A stretch of 63,647 nt of DNA, filler included, from Sphacelaria rigidula (Eukaryota), in NCBI GenBank assembly GCA_964200075.2. It is 9 parts of 9 records of this genome, joined end to end, with 100 filler letters (N's around TTAATTAATTAA, not from the genome) between each part and the next. Parts side by side here need not be neighbours in the genome. Positions count along the whole stretch, not along the records: positions 21,251 to 28,233 come from CAXNAA020017088.1; positions 28,334 to 35,316 come from CAXNAA020017089.1; positions 35,417 to 42,399 come from CAXNAA020017090.1; 6 more parts are not named here. The stretch is one strand, 5' to 3'. A program made the position numbers and the translations under genes. The notes beneath the pieces are model-generated. The model saw only the letters and a list, made by a program, of their open reading frames with translations, did not search any database and was not told the DNA's origin. This document shows, piece after piece, positions 23,369-37,102 of this stretch (position 1 is its first letter; every line of letters begins with the position of its first letter).

Positions 23369-24302
23369 CCCCGAGACTCGGCTAGACCGCCTTGTGGTGG
23401 TCATGTGAGGTAGGCGCCTCGAGCGTGCGGGAAGCGTGGCCCAAGGCAGTGTGGTAGTAAACTCCATTAAAACTCCCTGTAGAAGTTGGCGCAGTGCATG
23501 CGCCGCCCTACTCTTGTGAGCTTCGACCCTAGTGCATGAAGGCATCGAACGATACAAAGTTGGCACGACGATATTGCAGCTCCGGTTCTCCGATTCGCGG
23601 CATTGACAATCAAACGTTCACGAGGCGGGGCGTCCACTGGTTTTCACAAAAGACACGAGTAAGTGTCATCTACACTATAATTCACAGTGAAGAGGAGCAA
23701 CCAGCGATACAGCAGCAGCAGACGTACAGACAGTTGACAGTAGTTGGGCCCGAGTGAAGTATGCCTATATTGAATGTGGGGCATGGGAAAAAACATGTTT
23801 TCTGTACTGTAGATGCACAGGTTTTGTGATCATGGAAAGGCTTTTGCTGCAGGGGTAGCACAGCAGTCTCTTGAACACAGTAACACGACATGGCATGTGC
23901 TTTGAGCCTGGTCCGTGTACTGCACACACTGCACTTGGGCCCAACTAACCTTGTAGTATGCTGCTGCTGTGTCGCTGGTTGCTCTTGCTCACTGTAAAAT
24001 TCGAGTGTAGTTAACAGTTATCCGTTGCGAAAACTGGTGGACGTCCCGTGAGCGTTCGATTGTGACTGTCGCGAATCGGAGAACCGAAGCTGCAAGTTCA
24101 TCGTGCCAACTGTTTGTACCGTTCGGTGCGTTCATCCACTAGGACCGAAGCTCATAAGAGTAGGGCGGCGAATGCGCTGCGCCGAGTTAGGTAGGGGGTT
24201 TTAATGGAGTGAACTACCACACTGCCCTATGCCACGCTTCCCGAACGCTAGAGGCGCCTACCTCATATGACCGTCACACGGTGGTTCAGCCGAGCCTCCG
24301 GG
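23369..24302. mobile_element. Foldback element with ~390-bp inverted arms
   Basis: About 23369-23760 is the diverged reverse complement of about 23930-24302. Examples: GAGGTAGGCGCCTC / GAGGCGCCTACCTC and CGCCGCCCTACTCTT / AAGAGTAGGGCGGCG. Confidence 0.85.
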
Positions 24303-25641
24303 AAATACTGCGAACACGAGAAAAGACACCACTCGGCACCCAGTTGCACGCGACTCTGCAGGCTCAGGCATGTACTGGGGCGGAGCCTCGCGAGAGTGTA
24401 TGCACCACTAATATACTGACTGGTGGCCAGCACTGCAGTCACCGTTCTGTACTACAATGAATATGCAGATCTAGCGTCTCAGATTTCGCACGATATCTTC
24501 AACTTTGAGTTTCATTTTTCCTCATATACATACATGTATATGCAAGGTCTTGAATTATTATTATCATTATTATTATCACATCCGTTACGTTAGCTCGATC
24601 TCTCGAACCCGTGGTCACAGAGTGCAATGAGCATACCACCCATACCCATAACCCAAACAGCCCGCCGAAGAAGGCAAACAAAAAAAATATCTACACGAAA
24701 ACAAGGGCACCTACACTACGATAGGTCCGTATGAGACCGATTGAACTACAGGAGACCTACTTGTACTGGAAAGTAAGAAGTCCCCACGTGTGACCTCTCC
24801 GACTACTTTGTCACGCACTGGTGTATACACAGAGTAGTAACAGCGAGTAAGCCGATAATTGAAAGTGTCGCATAGAACAGAGACCAATCCCAAAATAGAT
24901 CTACTGTCTGGAGTGCTGTTCAAAGAGATGCTCTACAGAGCCTGCGCACCGGAGAAAGAACAACGCTAGGTAGGAAGATCAAGAAAGACAGGAAGAACGA
25001 AAATAGGACAACCTGATGGCAATGAGGGGGGAAAGCGAGGAACTATGACCTCCCTCGGGTTCTGGTCACGTAGCATCTTCATGGAAACACAACAGACAGG
25101 GCGTGTCTAGCCAACACACGACACAGCGCTATCAGCAAAAATACCCCGTCGAAATACAGTGAACGCCCCGTGCAATAGATTGGAATGTCTCGTGAGATTC
25201 GGGACGGGACGGGACATTTGATGAACCTGTATGGATGAAACGGAACGTGATATCCCGATCTTCCGAATGTGGACGGACGACTGGCGTGCTTCCACACGCT
25301 CGCCCTCTTTCTTGCATGTACACCGGGTATATGTCCGAATACCGCAGAATCCAACAACACGCCTTTATCTACCCGGATACAGTACAGTGTTGTTCCGCGC
25401 ATCATCTGACCACGGCTGGATCCCTTGGGGGTCCGTTGAAGTGTGACAATCAATTAATCAAATCAATCATTGGCTGCGGCGATTTTGGATCGTCGTGATT
25501 ATGTGATCGCACACGCCCATGAGAGACGCCTTTAACATTTGAAAATTCAACTATAACAAGTGACAGGCCTGTTGTCTCAACACGCCGCAACTTGTCTAGA
25601 CATTTATTTTTTCTTCGGGCAGCTGCCGTTGTAGTGATCAC

Positions 25642-26659
25642 CCGGTCCCCCCCTCGGGGTCAGTTGGTACGTCGAAATCTTCTGACGGAAGGGTTGTGGG
25701 TTCGAATCTCGGAGCGATCTTGGATTTTTTTTCCAGGCGGTGTTTTGACGAAACAAGGAAAGTGCGAATCGTTTCGTGACAGTGATGGTAAAGTTACGGT
25801 TCATAGCTTCATTATCACGAGAAATCACGCGCCATTCTAATCGAGGGATAGAGGGTAGGAAACAAGTGATGCAGTGACGGTAACAGGGCGGCAGTCACCC
25901 GCAAGGGGGTATGGTTCTTGGGCGTTGTGGCAGGTCGAGACGCGGACCGCCTTCCGTACGGGGAGGAGAAGAAGCAATAGTGCTGGTCCGTACTACCCAC
26001 CGATGGGTCCATGCTCCGTCACTTAGCTGAGTGCTGGGAGATCTAGCTGTGCGCATTCCTCTGTGGGAGCTGTGGACGTCGAGTGTGTCTTCCACGCGTG
26101 GCTCTTGCTAGTGAGGGAAAGGCAAACTGTCTGCCCACTCCCCACTAAGAGCCCAGCAGCCCACGCCTTACAACCATGTGACGTCGCTCTTCGCATTCTG
26201 ATGTAAATATTCATCCGCTCTCACGAAAATTACTTGCCAAAATATTAATTTTCGTGCAAGTGATTTTGGGAGAGGTGGTGATGTGGCATCAAATCAAAAT
26301 CGGAATCATCAAAAACAAAATAAATCCCCAATCGCCACAATCACAATCACTATCACGTCGCGTTCCCACACTTTCGGACTTGATAAGACGGGCCGTTACA
26401 CGATGCGCAACAAGCGTCTATGTCGTGGGTACACAACATTCGACTTGATGATCGACGAGGGAACGGGACTGCTGAATAACCCCTCTCGCGATAAAAAATA
26501 AAGGCAAGCACCGCAGAAGCAAGGTGAAGAATGGAAACAAACGAGAACGGAAAAACTGCTTTGCTGGCGTTCCTCCTGTGTAATCCCGGCTGGTGCGGCC
26601 ACATATACCGAAAGGTGTAGATTGGCGTCCAGGATAAATGGAACGACAACACACACACA
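25642..26659 (+). mobile_element. tRNA-derived SINE interrupted by a ~660-bp TIR element
   Basis: The head 25642-25735 has box A-like GGTCAGTTGG and box B GGTTCGAATC. The body 26399-26659 matches the 45217 copy and ends in (CA)n. Confidence 0.75.
25736..26395. mobile_element. ~660-bp element with degenerate Tourist-like TIRs nested in a SINE
   Basis: Left end GGCGGTGTTTTGAC...GAAAGTG...CGTGACAGTGAT; right end ATCACTATCACG...CACTTTC...TGATAAGACGGGCC. The ends resemble the 15451 MITE TIR. Confidence 0.55.
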
Positions 26660-26912
26660 GAAAAAAATTAAGTGGCGGAAAGAAAAAAAAAAACGGCGTC
26701 ACATTTTTGTTGAGACCTGAAAAAATAAGAAGGCTTTGTCCTTCTTTGGGGTGATTTTCGTTTGCGGCCACACATACCGAAAGGTGTAGACCGGCGCCCG
26801 CGCACACAGAAAAAATTAGAGTGGCGGAGAGAAAAAAAAACGGCATCACATTTTTGTTGAGACCGAAAAAAATAAGAAGACTTTGTCCTTCTTTGGGGTG
26901 ATTTTCGTTTGC
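26654..26912 (+). repeat. ~150-bp-period tandem duplication of a SINE tail plus flank
   Basis: CACATTTTTGTTGAGACC...CTTTGTCCTTCTTTGGGGTGATTTTCGTTTGC occurs twice, separated by a second SINE-tail fragment. Confidence 0.8.
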
Positions 26913-28233
26913 CGTAAGAAGCGGCCTAACATTGAGGATATACTCCGGATATACCTTCGCGGTAGAGGTCTGTTGACTCTTTATTTTCTGGAGGCGGGTC
27001 AGGGTTCCTCAAATCGCTGGTACCCGACGAGCCTCTCCATCCCTTCCCCTTACGCCTCCCCTGCTTGGTGATTGATTGCGAGCCTGGTCTGGCGAAAACC
27101 CGGCGTGCTCCGTCCCGGCTTTGTAGGGATCCGAGATCAGCGGTCAGATGACCATGGCATGCAAGATTATCTGTACACCCCCACCCCCACCCCTCCCGGA
27201 CGCCGCCTGGCGCGGGCGACCTGCAGCCGAGCGATGGTTGACGGAGCAAGTCCACATGCGAAGTGCTCTTCGCCTTTGGCATTCCACCAGTGGGGGTCGT
27301 CCGCTGAGTCGGGTGTAGATTCACCTGGTCAAAGAAGCCAACACCCACATGACCCCACCTTGGCTAAATTTGCTCCTTTTTTTTTTCCATATTCGATCAC
27401 CCCAGGGTGGGTCGTCTGTTGAATCGGGATAATAATCACTTGAAAAAAAGGATACCGGTCCGCATCGGGGCGGCCTCGTTCGCGACGCCGGATCTTCTGG
27501 CGACACCGGCATCACGCTCAGCGTTGTCGGTGGACCAGCTTCCTGCCGTGGCTCGTCGGGCTCCAGCCACCTCCATCGTAGTCTCAGTCCGGTCGGGACC
27601 GTCAACATGCTTTGACTTCGCAACGTGCTTCTCCGAGAGTACACTCGGCCCCCTGTGCCGTTACCAATACGTGAGACTTTCCTGTTCCTCGTGTCGACGG
27701 GGTTTGAGGTTGCAGAGTTCCCTCTCGGCGGCTGCGGCCGATCCCTCTGGCGAAGTCCGCTTCCTGCGTCCGTGGTCCCAAAGTTCCTCCCCCGACATGC
27801 GTCTCGTACCGATGCCGTGTCTCATCGACGGGCATCTCGCGGGAGATCCGGTATCGGACAGTCACTCGCCGCGAGCGGGGGAGAATCTTGTCCCCCCGAA
27901 CAATCCACGTAGGCCTCCGTCGTGATGGCCTCGGGCCAACCCCTCTTGTCATTTTCGATCGGTTTCTGGAATATTTACTTGTTGGCCATCATTTCGGCGC
28001 GCGGGTCATGGGAGCATCGGCGGAAAGGGTGCGCTATTGCGTCGACTGCCGCTGCCATCTGTACGTACACTTCGCCGTTTTCTCTATTCTTGGTCGTTTG
28101 ACCATTGACCACGCATCCCTTTCGAGACGGGACTGGGGGGTGAGGGGGGGGGGGGGGGGGGCGCACGCTCTTTTTTTGGGGGTGGGGTACCGCACGACTG
28201 CGAACTCCCATTGCTTGGGAACTCCCGCCCTCC

Positions 28234-28333
28234 NNNNNNNNNNNNNNNNNNNNNNNNNNNNNNNNNNNNNNNNNNNNTTAATTAATTAANNNNNNNNNNN
28301 NNNNNNNNNNNNNNNNNNNNNNNNNNNNNNNNN
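28234..28333. other. Artificial contig spacer
   Basis: N44-TTAATTAATTAA-N44. Confidence 0.98.
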
Positions 28334-28468
28334 GTCGTGTTTTGGATGAGATAAAGGGCTCCCAACAATTCTCACCTCAGAAAATATTTGTGTGCCCCTA
28401 CCGTAGCAGCACTCTACAGTGCAGTTCACGATGATGACCCATGCCGTTTTGTTGGTGCTGGAAAATAG

Positions 28469-31147
28469 GTGTGAGCTGCGTCCTGGAGGCGCGGATCTGG
28501 AGGTGTCCGCCTTGGAGTTGCAGGAGTGGGTGGAATCGGCTGTCAGGATGCTCCTTGTGGACAGTGTCATTGAACAAGTGGGACAGCTGGTGAAGGGTAA
28601 GTCAAGATTTCCGAAACGCGAGACAAAGCCTAGGGCTAGAGGTTTGCTGGTCTAAGGAGGCTTTCATCTGATACCATTTGTATAGTCACACAATGGGCTG
28701 ACCCGGAGAAATGAGGTTGTGCGGTGTTTGCGGATTTCATGGGGAATCCGGCTGAACCGACCGAAGAGACGGATGGACCGCTCAGAGTTTGCGGGAACAT
28801 CAAGGTGCGCAGCAAATATTGACATGCTGGTGGGGGAAACACGGTTTTCGAGCAAGTAGGATACACGTTGGGAGCGTATGTGCATGACCCAAAAAAACAA
28901 AAGTGGGCTTGGGACTTTGCTTGAAGATCAGGTTGGTGCGCCAGTCACCATTTTTGTTGGCACACCCGTGACCTTCGTTGGCCTGATTCTGGGATCGAAG
29001 TGGCCACACAGTGGGGAGTTCCACTTTGTTACGATCCGCTTCAGTGCTGGGTATGACTCGTGTTCGGGACCCCCTGTAGTGCTATCAAGGAGTCGTGATC
29101 GACCGTATTCGGTCGGGGATGCTTCTACCTACGCGCGATTCAATTTGAGTCGTACTCCACCACATCCTCGATGGGGGTTTGTTTCCGCTCAACAAGGTTG
29201 CTGGCCGTGCATGTGCGTATGGTCGCCACATGTGATGCAGTGCTCCAAATTTTTCGAACAGCAAGTGTGGACTCTTCCAGTATAACTGGGGAAAGGTTTA
29301 CGCATTCAACTTGTAGTTGCTGTTTTCAATATCAGACAAGTGCTTGAATGCTTGAACCATTTGCATGCGGTCGAAGACGGTAGCTAATCGAGCGTCATTG
29401 TGTTATCAAGCCCGGTTCGATCCGTTTTTTTTTTTTACGGATTGTACGCGAGAGACTGAGGGCCCATTCCTGGTGGCGGTAGAGATTCGGAAATATGGTG
29501 GTGACTGCAGCAATCTAGTTTTGTTATGTAGCGTTGGAATCTCCGTTCACGCTTCTATTTTCCTGCATTCCGTGAACATGTCAAGCGCGCGTGCCCAACA
29601 CACTTTGTGCGCTGGCGTAGAAACCTCGCGGTCCCTCCTGGCCATCCTATAGACACTGCGCAAATAAGATTAGGGCCCAAAGTTTGATCTTTTGTTTTGC
29701 GAAGCCTTTGTGATCCTTGAACTTTGACTGTTTTCGCCCCCTTCAACACTAACCCGGATGATTTTTGCTTTTTGCTCCCTCATGTTTTATCATTTATTTT
29801 TTTGGCATGAACAACGAACAGGCATGTCTGAGGTGATCGATCCTGCCAAGCTAAAGGTCCTGACGGCGCCCGAGCTTCAACGACTTGTGGGTGGAGAGAG
29901 CGCAGGCAGCGGCGCCGATGGCGAGTGGGAATACGGGAAGATCATGGGCAGTATCGTGTGTCGGCATGGATATAGCACAGACAGCGCTCAGGTATACAAT
30001 TTCATTCTCTGCTGGCTTTGTGATTTGGTAGAAAACGGCTGGACATGTTTTTCGCGGCGGGATTATTTTGTTTTGGTGGAATTTGTAATCTGAAGGTTTT
30101 TCTCATGTAAAGGTGGTTTGGATTTTTGGCTAAGATCATGGGCGGCAGCGTGTGCGGACACGATTGCTTCACCGGCGGGGCGCAGCTAGAGTACACGTGG
30201 ACCTTTTGCCCGGGACTTGGGCGAGCATGCGTTTCGTCCCCTGTACTGTTCCACTATGTTCGGCGTAGCTGTGATTTTCCAGCGGGTCGCGACAAGCCTG
30301 ACTGTTTTGGCCATTTGATATATTCAGACGATGCGCCGGAAAATGAGGATTGCCCATACAACGACGCCACTGGAGATGATATGATGCGCGGCGTGGGGAA
30401 CGATGTTAGCAAAGTTTTGTGACCCCCTGGCGGGCTCGCTAGGGCAATGGCTGTGATGGTCCTGGTGTGTCAGGGGTTCGGACGAGTCGTATCGCTGAAC
30501 AAGACAAACGGTCACGCGCTTGTGATCAGTACCCAGCTTCCCCGAGGCTGTAATGTATGATGAAATTGCCGAGTTTGTCTACCTGGGTGGTGCTGTCAGC
30601 GCAGGAGTGGATATTTCCATCTAGGTAAAGCGCAGCATCAGCATTGCGTGGGGTCTTCTCCGAAAGCATAGTCTGCGATCGGTCCAATGTGCTCAGCTAT
30701 TTGCCAAGCTCCAGCTGCTTGAATCGGGGGTGTTGAAGGTCGTGCTGCACGGGTGTGCTGCATGAACGCTGCGACCCATACGTCTGTGAGACGCTGTGCA
30801 CCACCCACCACAAGCTAGTGCTGCGAGCAGTTGGTTCACGCAGCAAGCCTACCTACGTGACAAACATCAGGCTGTCGCGTTCAGGGCCGCCGATGGAAGG
30901 CCAACGCTGGCACAACGGGCCCTGGAGGAACCCAACGGTCGAGAGAGTAACCTGCTATGCTCCTCACCCACGAGGGGGGAGCGGAGGGTGGGGATAGCAC
31001 TGAAACTGATACCCCTGTCTTCTCCTAGTGACTGTTTCGTTGCCTCCCTGGCTTGCGACTTGAACGGTAGTCCGTGGACATTTTGAGCTGCACAAGATCT
31101 GCTTTGTTCCGAGGTTTCTTTCAACTGTCTCTTTTTCCTTTCTCCTC

Positions 31148-31201
<54 letters not shown>

Positions 31202-32808
31202 TTCTGTCGAGTCGCATTTGTCTTTTGTGTTGAGCTTCTGCGGAGCTGGTGGGTGAGAGGTGGGAGTATGTTGTTCATAGTTTGGTCCCTAGATGGCTGG
31301 GTCGTAACCTGTCTTTGTTCGACCGCCTTACCTAACGCCATGGCGTGGGGACCGATACTAGGTGTAGATGTTAGCATGGTGATACTAGCACTTGGCATGA
31401 CGTCCCTCCTTTCCCCCTCTCTCTTTTGTTTTCGCTTGTATTCTTCCTTTTATTTCTCACATTTCCTCAATTCTGTGTTTTTTCCTCCTTCCTTTTTTTC
31501 ATGTCTTTCCCACCCTGAATTTTTTCTAGCAAGTGTTTCTGTTGTCCTCGAGGACGTTAGCTTTGTGACCACGAATCGATTCGTGCCGGATCAGTTTATG
31601 CGAGACGGTCACCCCGTCAATCAGTCGATCGATCGATCAACCAGTCACTCAATAAATAGGCTGCATCAGCCCTCACTGCTATGGAAGATCGCGAATCGAT
31701 GCACCGCGCCATTCTGGGCATTTTGCCTTATGGCGCGCTAGCTCCCCATCATTTTTTACACGGCCCGGTGTACGGTGCCCAGTCATTTTACCTTCTTTTG
31801 TCATGATTTCGCCGATAACTTGAAAATTTGCACGGATCCAGATCTCCACGTCGTCTGTTCATCGCAAGCAGTCTTCGTCTAGCGTACTCTACTGGGTGAC
31901 GTCCGTAGTTTTCTGTGGACCTGCGATTCCCGCATCATCCGGTATTTTTGCAGCTGGAGAATTATCAGTGTTACATTTCAAGTCGAAATACATGGTTCCA
32001 CCACACGAGTATCCACCGCAAGTTGGCCAAGTGGCGTGTTCAGGGTCAATACGAGGGTAAGGTCACAATGGCCGCCTCTCTGACTCCTTCCCCCCCGGCG
32101 AAATCACACCGCACGCGTGATACAGGTGAAGTGGTTGGCGAAGGTGATGACTGGTCTTGATCCTAGTCATCGCCGAATGTTCCTCCGCTTCATCACGGGA
32201 ACGCCCAGGCTACCTATTGGGGGCTTCGCGGCTCTGCGTCCCCGCCTCACAGTGGTGAAGAAGGAGGTGGATGTACCGACGGGGGGCACACCAGATGCCC
32301 ATCTTCCCAGTTGCTCCACTTGTCAGGTGCCTTTGCATTGGGTCACTTTCGCACTGGTGTATGCCCATGTGTCGCGTTCTCCTTGGTTGGCATGCCTCCT
32401 CACGGACATTTTCCCCTTCCTCGTGTCTTCCACGCACCGAAATAGACGATGCTGACAGGACGGACGTGTAGCGCACACCGAGTGAATCCACGTAATGTTT
32501 CCAACATGAGGAAAGGACGAGGTGTTTAGGTCGGATGAGCCGCGTACTGAACGTTTGAGCGCTTCGTGCCGAGTTCCTGGCGTTGGCCTCCTCGTATATC
32601 GTTGTCTTTGTTGTTGGTTGTGTAGAGCTTGCGATTTTGTGTTCAAAGGTCTCCGCTCTCGGTCGTTGGTTTGATTATAGTTCTATTTTTCGTTTCGTTC
32701 GACGCACAGGTGTACCTCAAACTGCCGGCGTACACATCTGCTGAGGCCCTGGAGGCGAAGCTGCTGCATGCCATCACGGAGGGTCAGGATCACTTCGCCC
32801 TCGATTAG
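28469..32808 (+). CDS. HECT-type E3 ubiquitin ligase, C-terminal HECT domain (UPL3/TRIP12/Ufd4-like), 5'-partial
   Basis: Exons 28469-28596, 29822-29991, 32126-32326 and 32710-32808 have AG/GT borders and consistent phases. Translation: CELRPGGADLEV...GMSEVIDPAKLKVLTAPELQRLVGG...HGYSTDSAQVKWL...MFLRFITGTPRLPIGGFAALRPRLTVVKK...HLPSCSTCQVYLKLPAYTSAEALEAKLLHAITEGQDHFALD*. The catalytic Cys (STC) and the terminal Phe are present. Confidence 0.93.
30520..30860 (+). mobile_element. Degenerate RTE-type LINE fragment (3' RT region) in a HECT intron
   Basis: Translates, with stops and frameshifts, to EFVYLGGAVSAGVDISI*VKRSISIAWG...VVLHGC...TTHHKLVLRAVG, matching the RTE FVYLG...YGC..W...HHKLLLR region. 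Confidence 0.75.
31152..31197. repeat. (CT)n microsatellite
   Basis: Direct reading of the sequence. Confidence 0.95.
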
Positions 32809-35316
32809 TGTACTCTGTGTTTTTTCTCGCAGATGACCGAAAAATACCCAACAGACAACTTCACGCGTGGGTAGAACAGAACGGGGGAATGATCATGTTG
32901 TGAGTGAAAGGCGTGCGTCTTTCGCGAGAACAACCTCCGAGGCAGCCGCTCATGTCCTGAAAGTGAGGATCGTTCCGTTGAACTGATGTGAGATTTGTCG
33001 TGAAGATTCGAACTGCATGAATCGGCTCGGAGAGCCTTTTTGTGAAGTTGTGCTTGTCGAAGGTGATATCTCTGCGAATGTGCAGGATTCGACCCCCCGT
33101 GTGGTGAACGTTTGTGCGCTTCACCGGCTATGCGTTAGCCTTTGTGCCCACCGGCCAAGTAGTTCATCTCATATGGAATGATCCTGTCGGTGCGTGAAGC
33201 TCATGCTACCGTTGCTGTGTGAGTTTGTTCGCAGCAGGCTGGTCATTCTGTGGCTTGTTAGTTTGAGTATGACCGGGGTAACGCTACGGCCGAGTTGCAT
33301 TGCCACGGGCTTTTTGCCAGCCGCAGTGGCCTGTATGTACGAGACAAATTTGTGGTTGTTGAACTTTTATTTCGAAGGTGTTTGTTTTAGCTCTTCTTGG
33401 TGTAGGTCTTCGCGTTGATTCGGCTCTTCTCGTACGAGTTTCGGATCTGTTTTTGGCGAAAAAGTGCATGTTGTTCTAGACCAAGAAACAGGCGCCGGCA
33501 ATACTGTTTACTGATGCACTTGCAGAGGATGGTGCGTTCGTCTTGTCTCCCCCTCAAGAAGCACGTGTGTGTGTTTGTGTGTGTGATTTTCATTTGTAGG
33601 CGAAAATGGTTTGTGTTGCTCCATCTACGGAGCACTGATGAGGCGACGTTCCCAGCGCGTTTGTGGCCATTGAACTAAGCATACGTTCGCTCATCTGTGC
33701 TTCATTGGGTTTTCACGTTTTGCTAGAAGGTACTCGGCGTGGCCGTATCTGGTCGAAATTCTCGGGATCAATACCAGTAAAGCAAGCGCACGATGCAGTA
33801 CCGTGGTGGTATATGAAAGGACACTTTTGTAAAAAGATTCTGCTGTTTTTTGTTTCCACGCACACCGCGTTCAAAAATGCAAACAATTCGCGTGAAGGCG
33901 GGCACGATGTGAGACTCACTTGGTGGCGATCAAAGCAGTGGCCGGTACACCGCTGGAACACAGGGGGGCGATGGTACACACCTTACCTGCCTCTCGGAGA
34001 ATCCCTAGCTCATCGACGGTATGAACAGCAGGCGTGCAGAATTGACCGGTCTGCGGAACGGATGTCCCAAGAACTCGGCGGGCTTGTGATGGTAACAAAA
34101 GGCAACAACGCGTGCGATCACAACGCGATTTACACTGTACGCACATCGTTTAACTCATTCATAATGTATCATCACCTAGGTACGCTCCAAAATCCAAATG
34201 GCGTGTACCAGCGCCTATCCGTGAAAGCTGAGGAGTCGTGCACCGGTAGGGATACGCGAACTAGTTTGAAGTTTGAAGTTTTAGGAGCTCCTCATCTCTC
34301 GGAAACGATGTACAGTATTCCGAAGCTCTGATGAGAAATTGGGGCTCTGTCGGGGAACACACGGAAAATGTGTGTCGGTTCAATGATACAAGTCACCCCT
34401 CGATCGGTTGAGTCTCAAACGCTGATGTCAGCGCACAGTGCGAATCTCATGCCACTTGACGCACCTGTGTGCGTAGGCAAGGGCAAGACAGTTTTGTGAG
34501 GTACCCCATGCCCTTTGAGCAGCTATCGTCCTCTTCGGCATGGAACAATCGATGTCGCATGGACATGGGAAAGGTGATACGATCGTGTCAAGTCATGTTT
34601 ATAATACATCATTGCGGAAATGGTAATGCCGACATTGACTCAGAGCCAGACCGAATCTCACGCCACTTGATGCATCTCTGTGTACAGTAGGTAAGATGAT
34701 ATCGTGTGGTGAGGTATATCTTTCCGCACCTATCAGCTATCGTCTCCTGCGGCGTGCGAACATCGGTGTCGCGATTTCGAACCCTGAAAAAAATAACCAG
34801 CCTAAATCGAGTGTTTTCCCGCGCTGTCCCCCCTTTTCTCCCCAAAATTACGCGAGACAAACCTTGCCAGGAGTGCAATGTGGGCATTTCCGAGTCGGCT
34901 CCGGCGCCGACCGCGGAATAACGGGCAACAAAATACTCCAAGTCTTCTTTGTGCTTTATCTCCCATTTCAGCCATCGGGAACGAAGCCATCTGTCAAAAG
35001 CTACTGGACCCAAAAGCGTGCACGAACACCTCGAATAATTTGCCGGCTGTCGTGCACATGCAGGCCGATGGTTCGAATTGTAACGGCAAGGGGACAAGTT
35101 GAATCATATAGTCATTCATTTTGCGTGCGTGTACTTTCGTCAGCAGTATGTATTACAAAAGTACCATTGCAATGAATCAACAGCTGTCGTGCTCGACATG
35201 GCTGGAAGAACAGAGGATCCTCGAAAATGAGATTGAACACTAGAAAACAGTGGATCCTAGAAAATGGGGTTCATACAAAATATGGGGTTGAAGTGGCATT
35301 TCTCTTTTGCAGGGAA

Positions 35317-35416
35317 NNNNNNNNNNNNNNNNNNNNNNNNNNNNNNNNNNNNNNNNNNNNTTAATTAATTAANNNNNNNNNNNNNNNNNNNNNNNNNNNN
35401 NNNNNNNNNNNNNNNN
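35317..35416. other. Artificial contig spacer
   Basis: N44-TTAATTAATTAA-N44. Confidence 0.98.
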
Positions 35417-37102
35417 CCAGGTCCTACGTCGGTCATCCCCGCCCTCCCTCTTTTTCCCCCTCTCCGGGGCTTCCCCCCCCCCCCCGTTCCCCGTTCCCCG
35501 CCCCCGGCACCAGGGTACGTGGTGTTGGTGCGTACCGTAACACTCCCTCGATTAGCACCCGCAGGTGGCGAATATTCGGTACTTCCTCGCATCATATCAG
35601 TTCCTACTGGATAACGATTAATTTAGTGATGATTTCAGTTGACTGTGACGTGTCGAAAGATGAAATGTCTCGTGTATACCCAAAGCGAACATTTTCGTCG
35701 TGCAGGTTCTCTTCCCATGAATTGACCCTTTTGCGGTGGACATTCCCTTCCCCGGGATATGCATGAATTGACCCTTTCGCAGTATTCCAGGGTCATGCGC
35801 CATTTCATTGGCAGTTAAGAAAGGTTCGTAACCCAGCAGAGCTGATTTTCATTGTCGGTGGTGAACCAGATTCCCCTCAGGCGTTGCCTTTAATGTGCGC
35901 GGTGGTGTGAATAGTAGTCTACTTACATGAGATCTTCAGCAGTCACCTGGCAACGCAAAGCTAGTGACGAGTTATTGGGGAAGCAGTGATGGTGATTCAA
36001 CATTCAGACCGGTTTTTTCCATCCAGAAAATAGTGCTTTTTCCGAGCGCAAGTGCCTTGTTAAACCTTTCGCGAGATTTTTCGCCCGCGAAGGGAGGGCT
36101 AGGCGGGTTGTGGTACCTCGAGCTGGCTTTATTTACTCTCCCCAAGTATACTGGCACAACTTTCGCGCTTTCCGATGGACGCAGTCTTACCCCGAGTCCG
36201 ATTCGGGATGTCCGGCGCTAACGTCGTTTCTTCTGGTCCGGAAAGGAAAAAGAAGCAATTATCCTGGAAAGCTCACGGCCATTCTCCGTCCTTTTGCGCA
36301 TTTCATGCTCAAAGAGAGGCCTACGTGGACTTACATACGGACACGTTGAGCAATGCTACGGCAGGGGTTGCACCTTTTGTTTCTGTTTTTTTTTCTCGTG
36401 AGAGCCCAAATATGTGGAGCTTAGTGTGCAACCCAAATCTCCGGGGATCAGACTCCCAGGAACATGGTGCTTGCAAGGAGGGGCCTGTCCGTGGATCGAC
36501 CCCATTTCCACTCTTTTTCAAGTGAAAATGATGCGGATCCTCGAAAATTATCCGTTAAACACCCCGAGCAGCCCCGAGAAATGTTTTCGCTAAAAAAGGG
36601 CAACCCCTACCGTAGCATTGCTGTGGAGTGACTTCCTACACTTCGCTTTCTGGCGGGTTCCACAGGCACCTTCACGTTTCACGGTGGCCGCATTAATTGC
36701 TTTGGGCAGACTCGCAATCTTTCTCGGACAAACGTTGAAAGTTCGTATGAACTTCGATTTTTTTCGTACGTTTTTGCTGCGCATAAGGCATATTTGAGGA
36801 GATCAGGGCGGGGATCCCCAATTATTTCGCCCGAAAGTCAAAGAGCATGCACTGGAGAACGCGAAGATCTGCGGGAATCCCCTCAGATAATTATCACACC
36901 TGATGATCACGAGGGGGTAGAAAATCCGCCTAGCCCTCATCTCCGGCGAAACACGTCGCGGCAGGGTCCGGAATGTATTATACGGGACAATTTAAATCTT
37001 CAGAGAAAAAAAAAGAAGCGGCCAGATAACCAAGAAAAAGTCGAGTGCTCGGGGGAAAGTACTAGAGCATGGGAGTCTATGTGTAAACTGCGATGGTTAT
37101 GT

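Noticed and set aside
25642..25715. tRNA gene (also at 45217 and 37380-37455)
   Set aside because: Box A and box B are present, but there is no acceptor stem pairing and each head is attached to the same SINE body.
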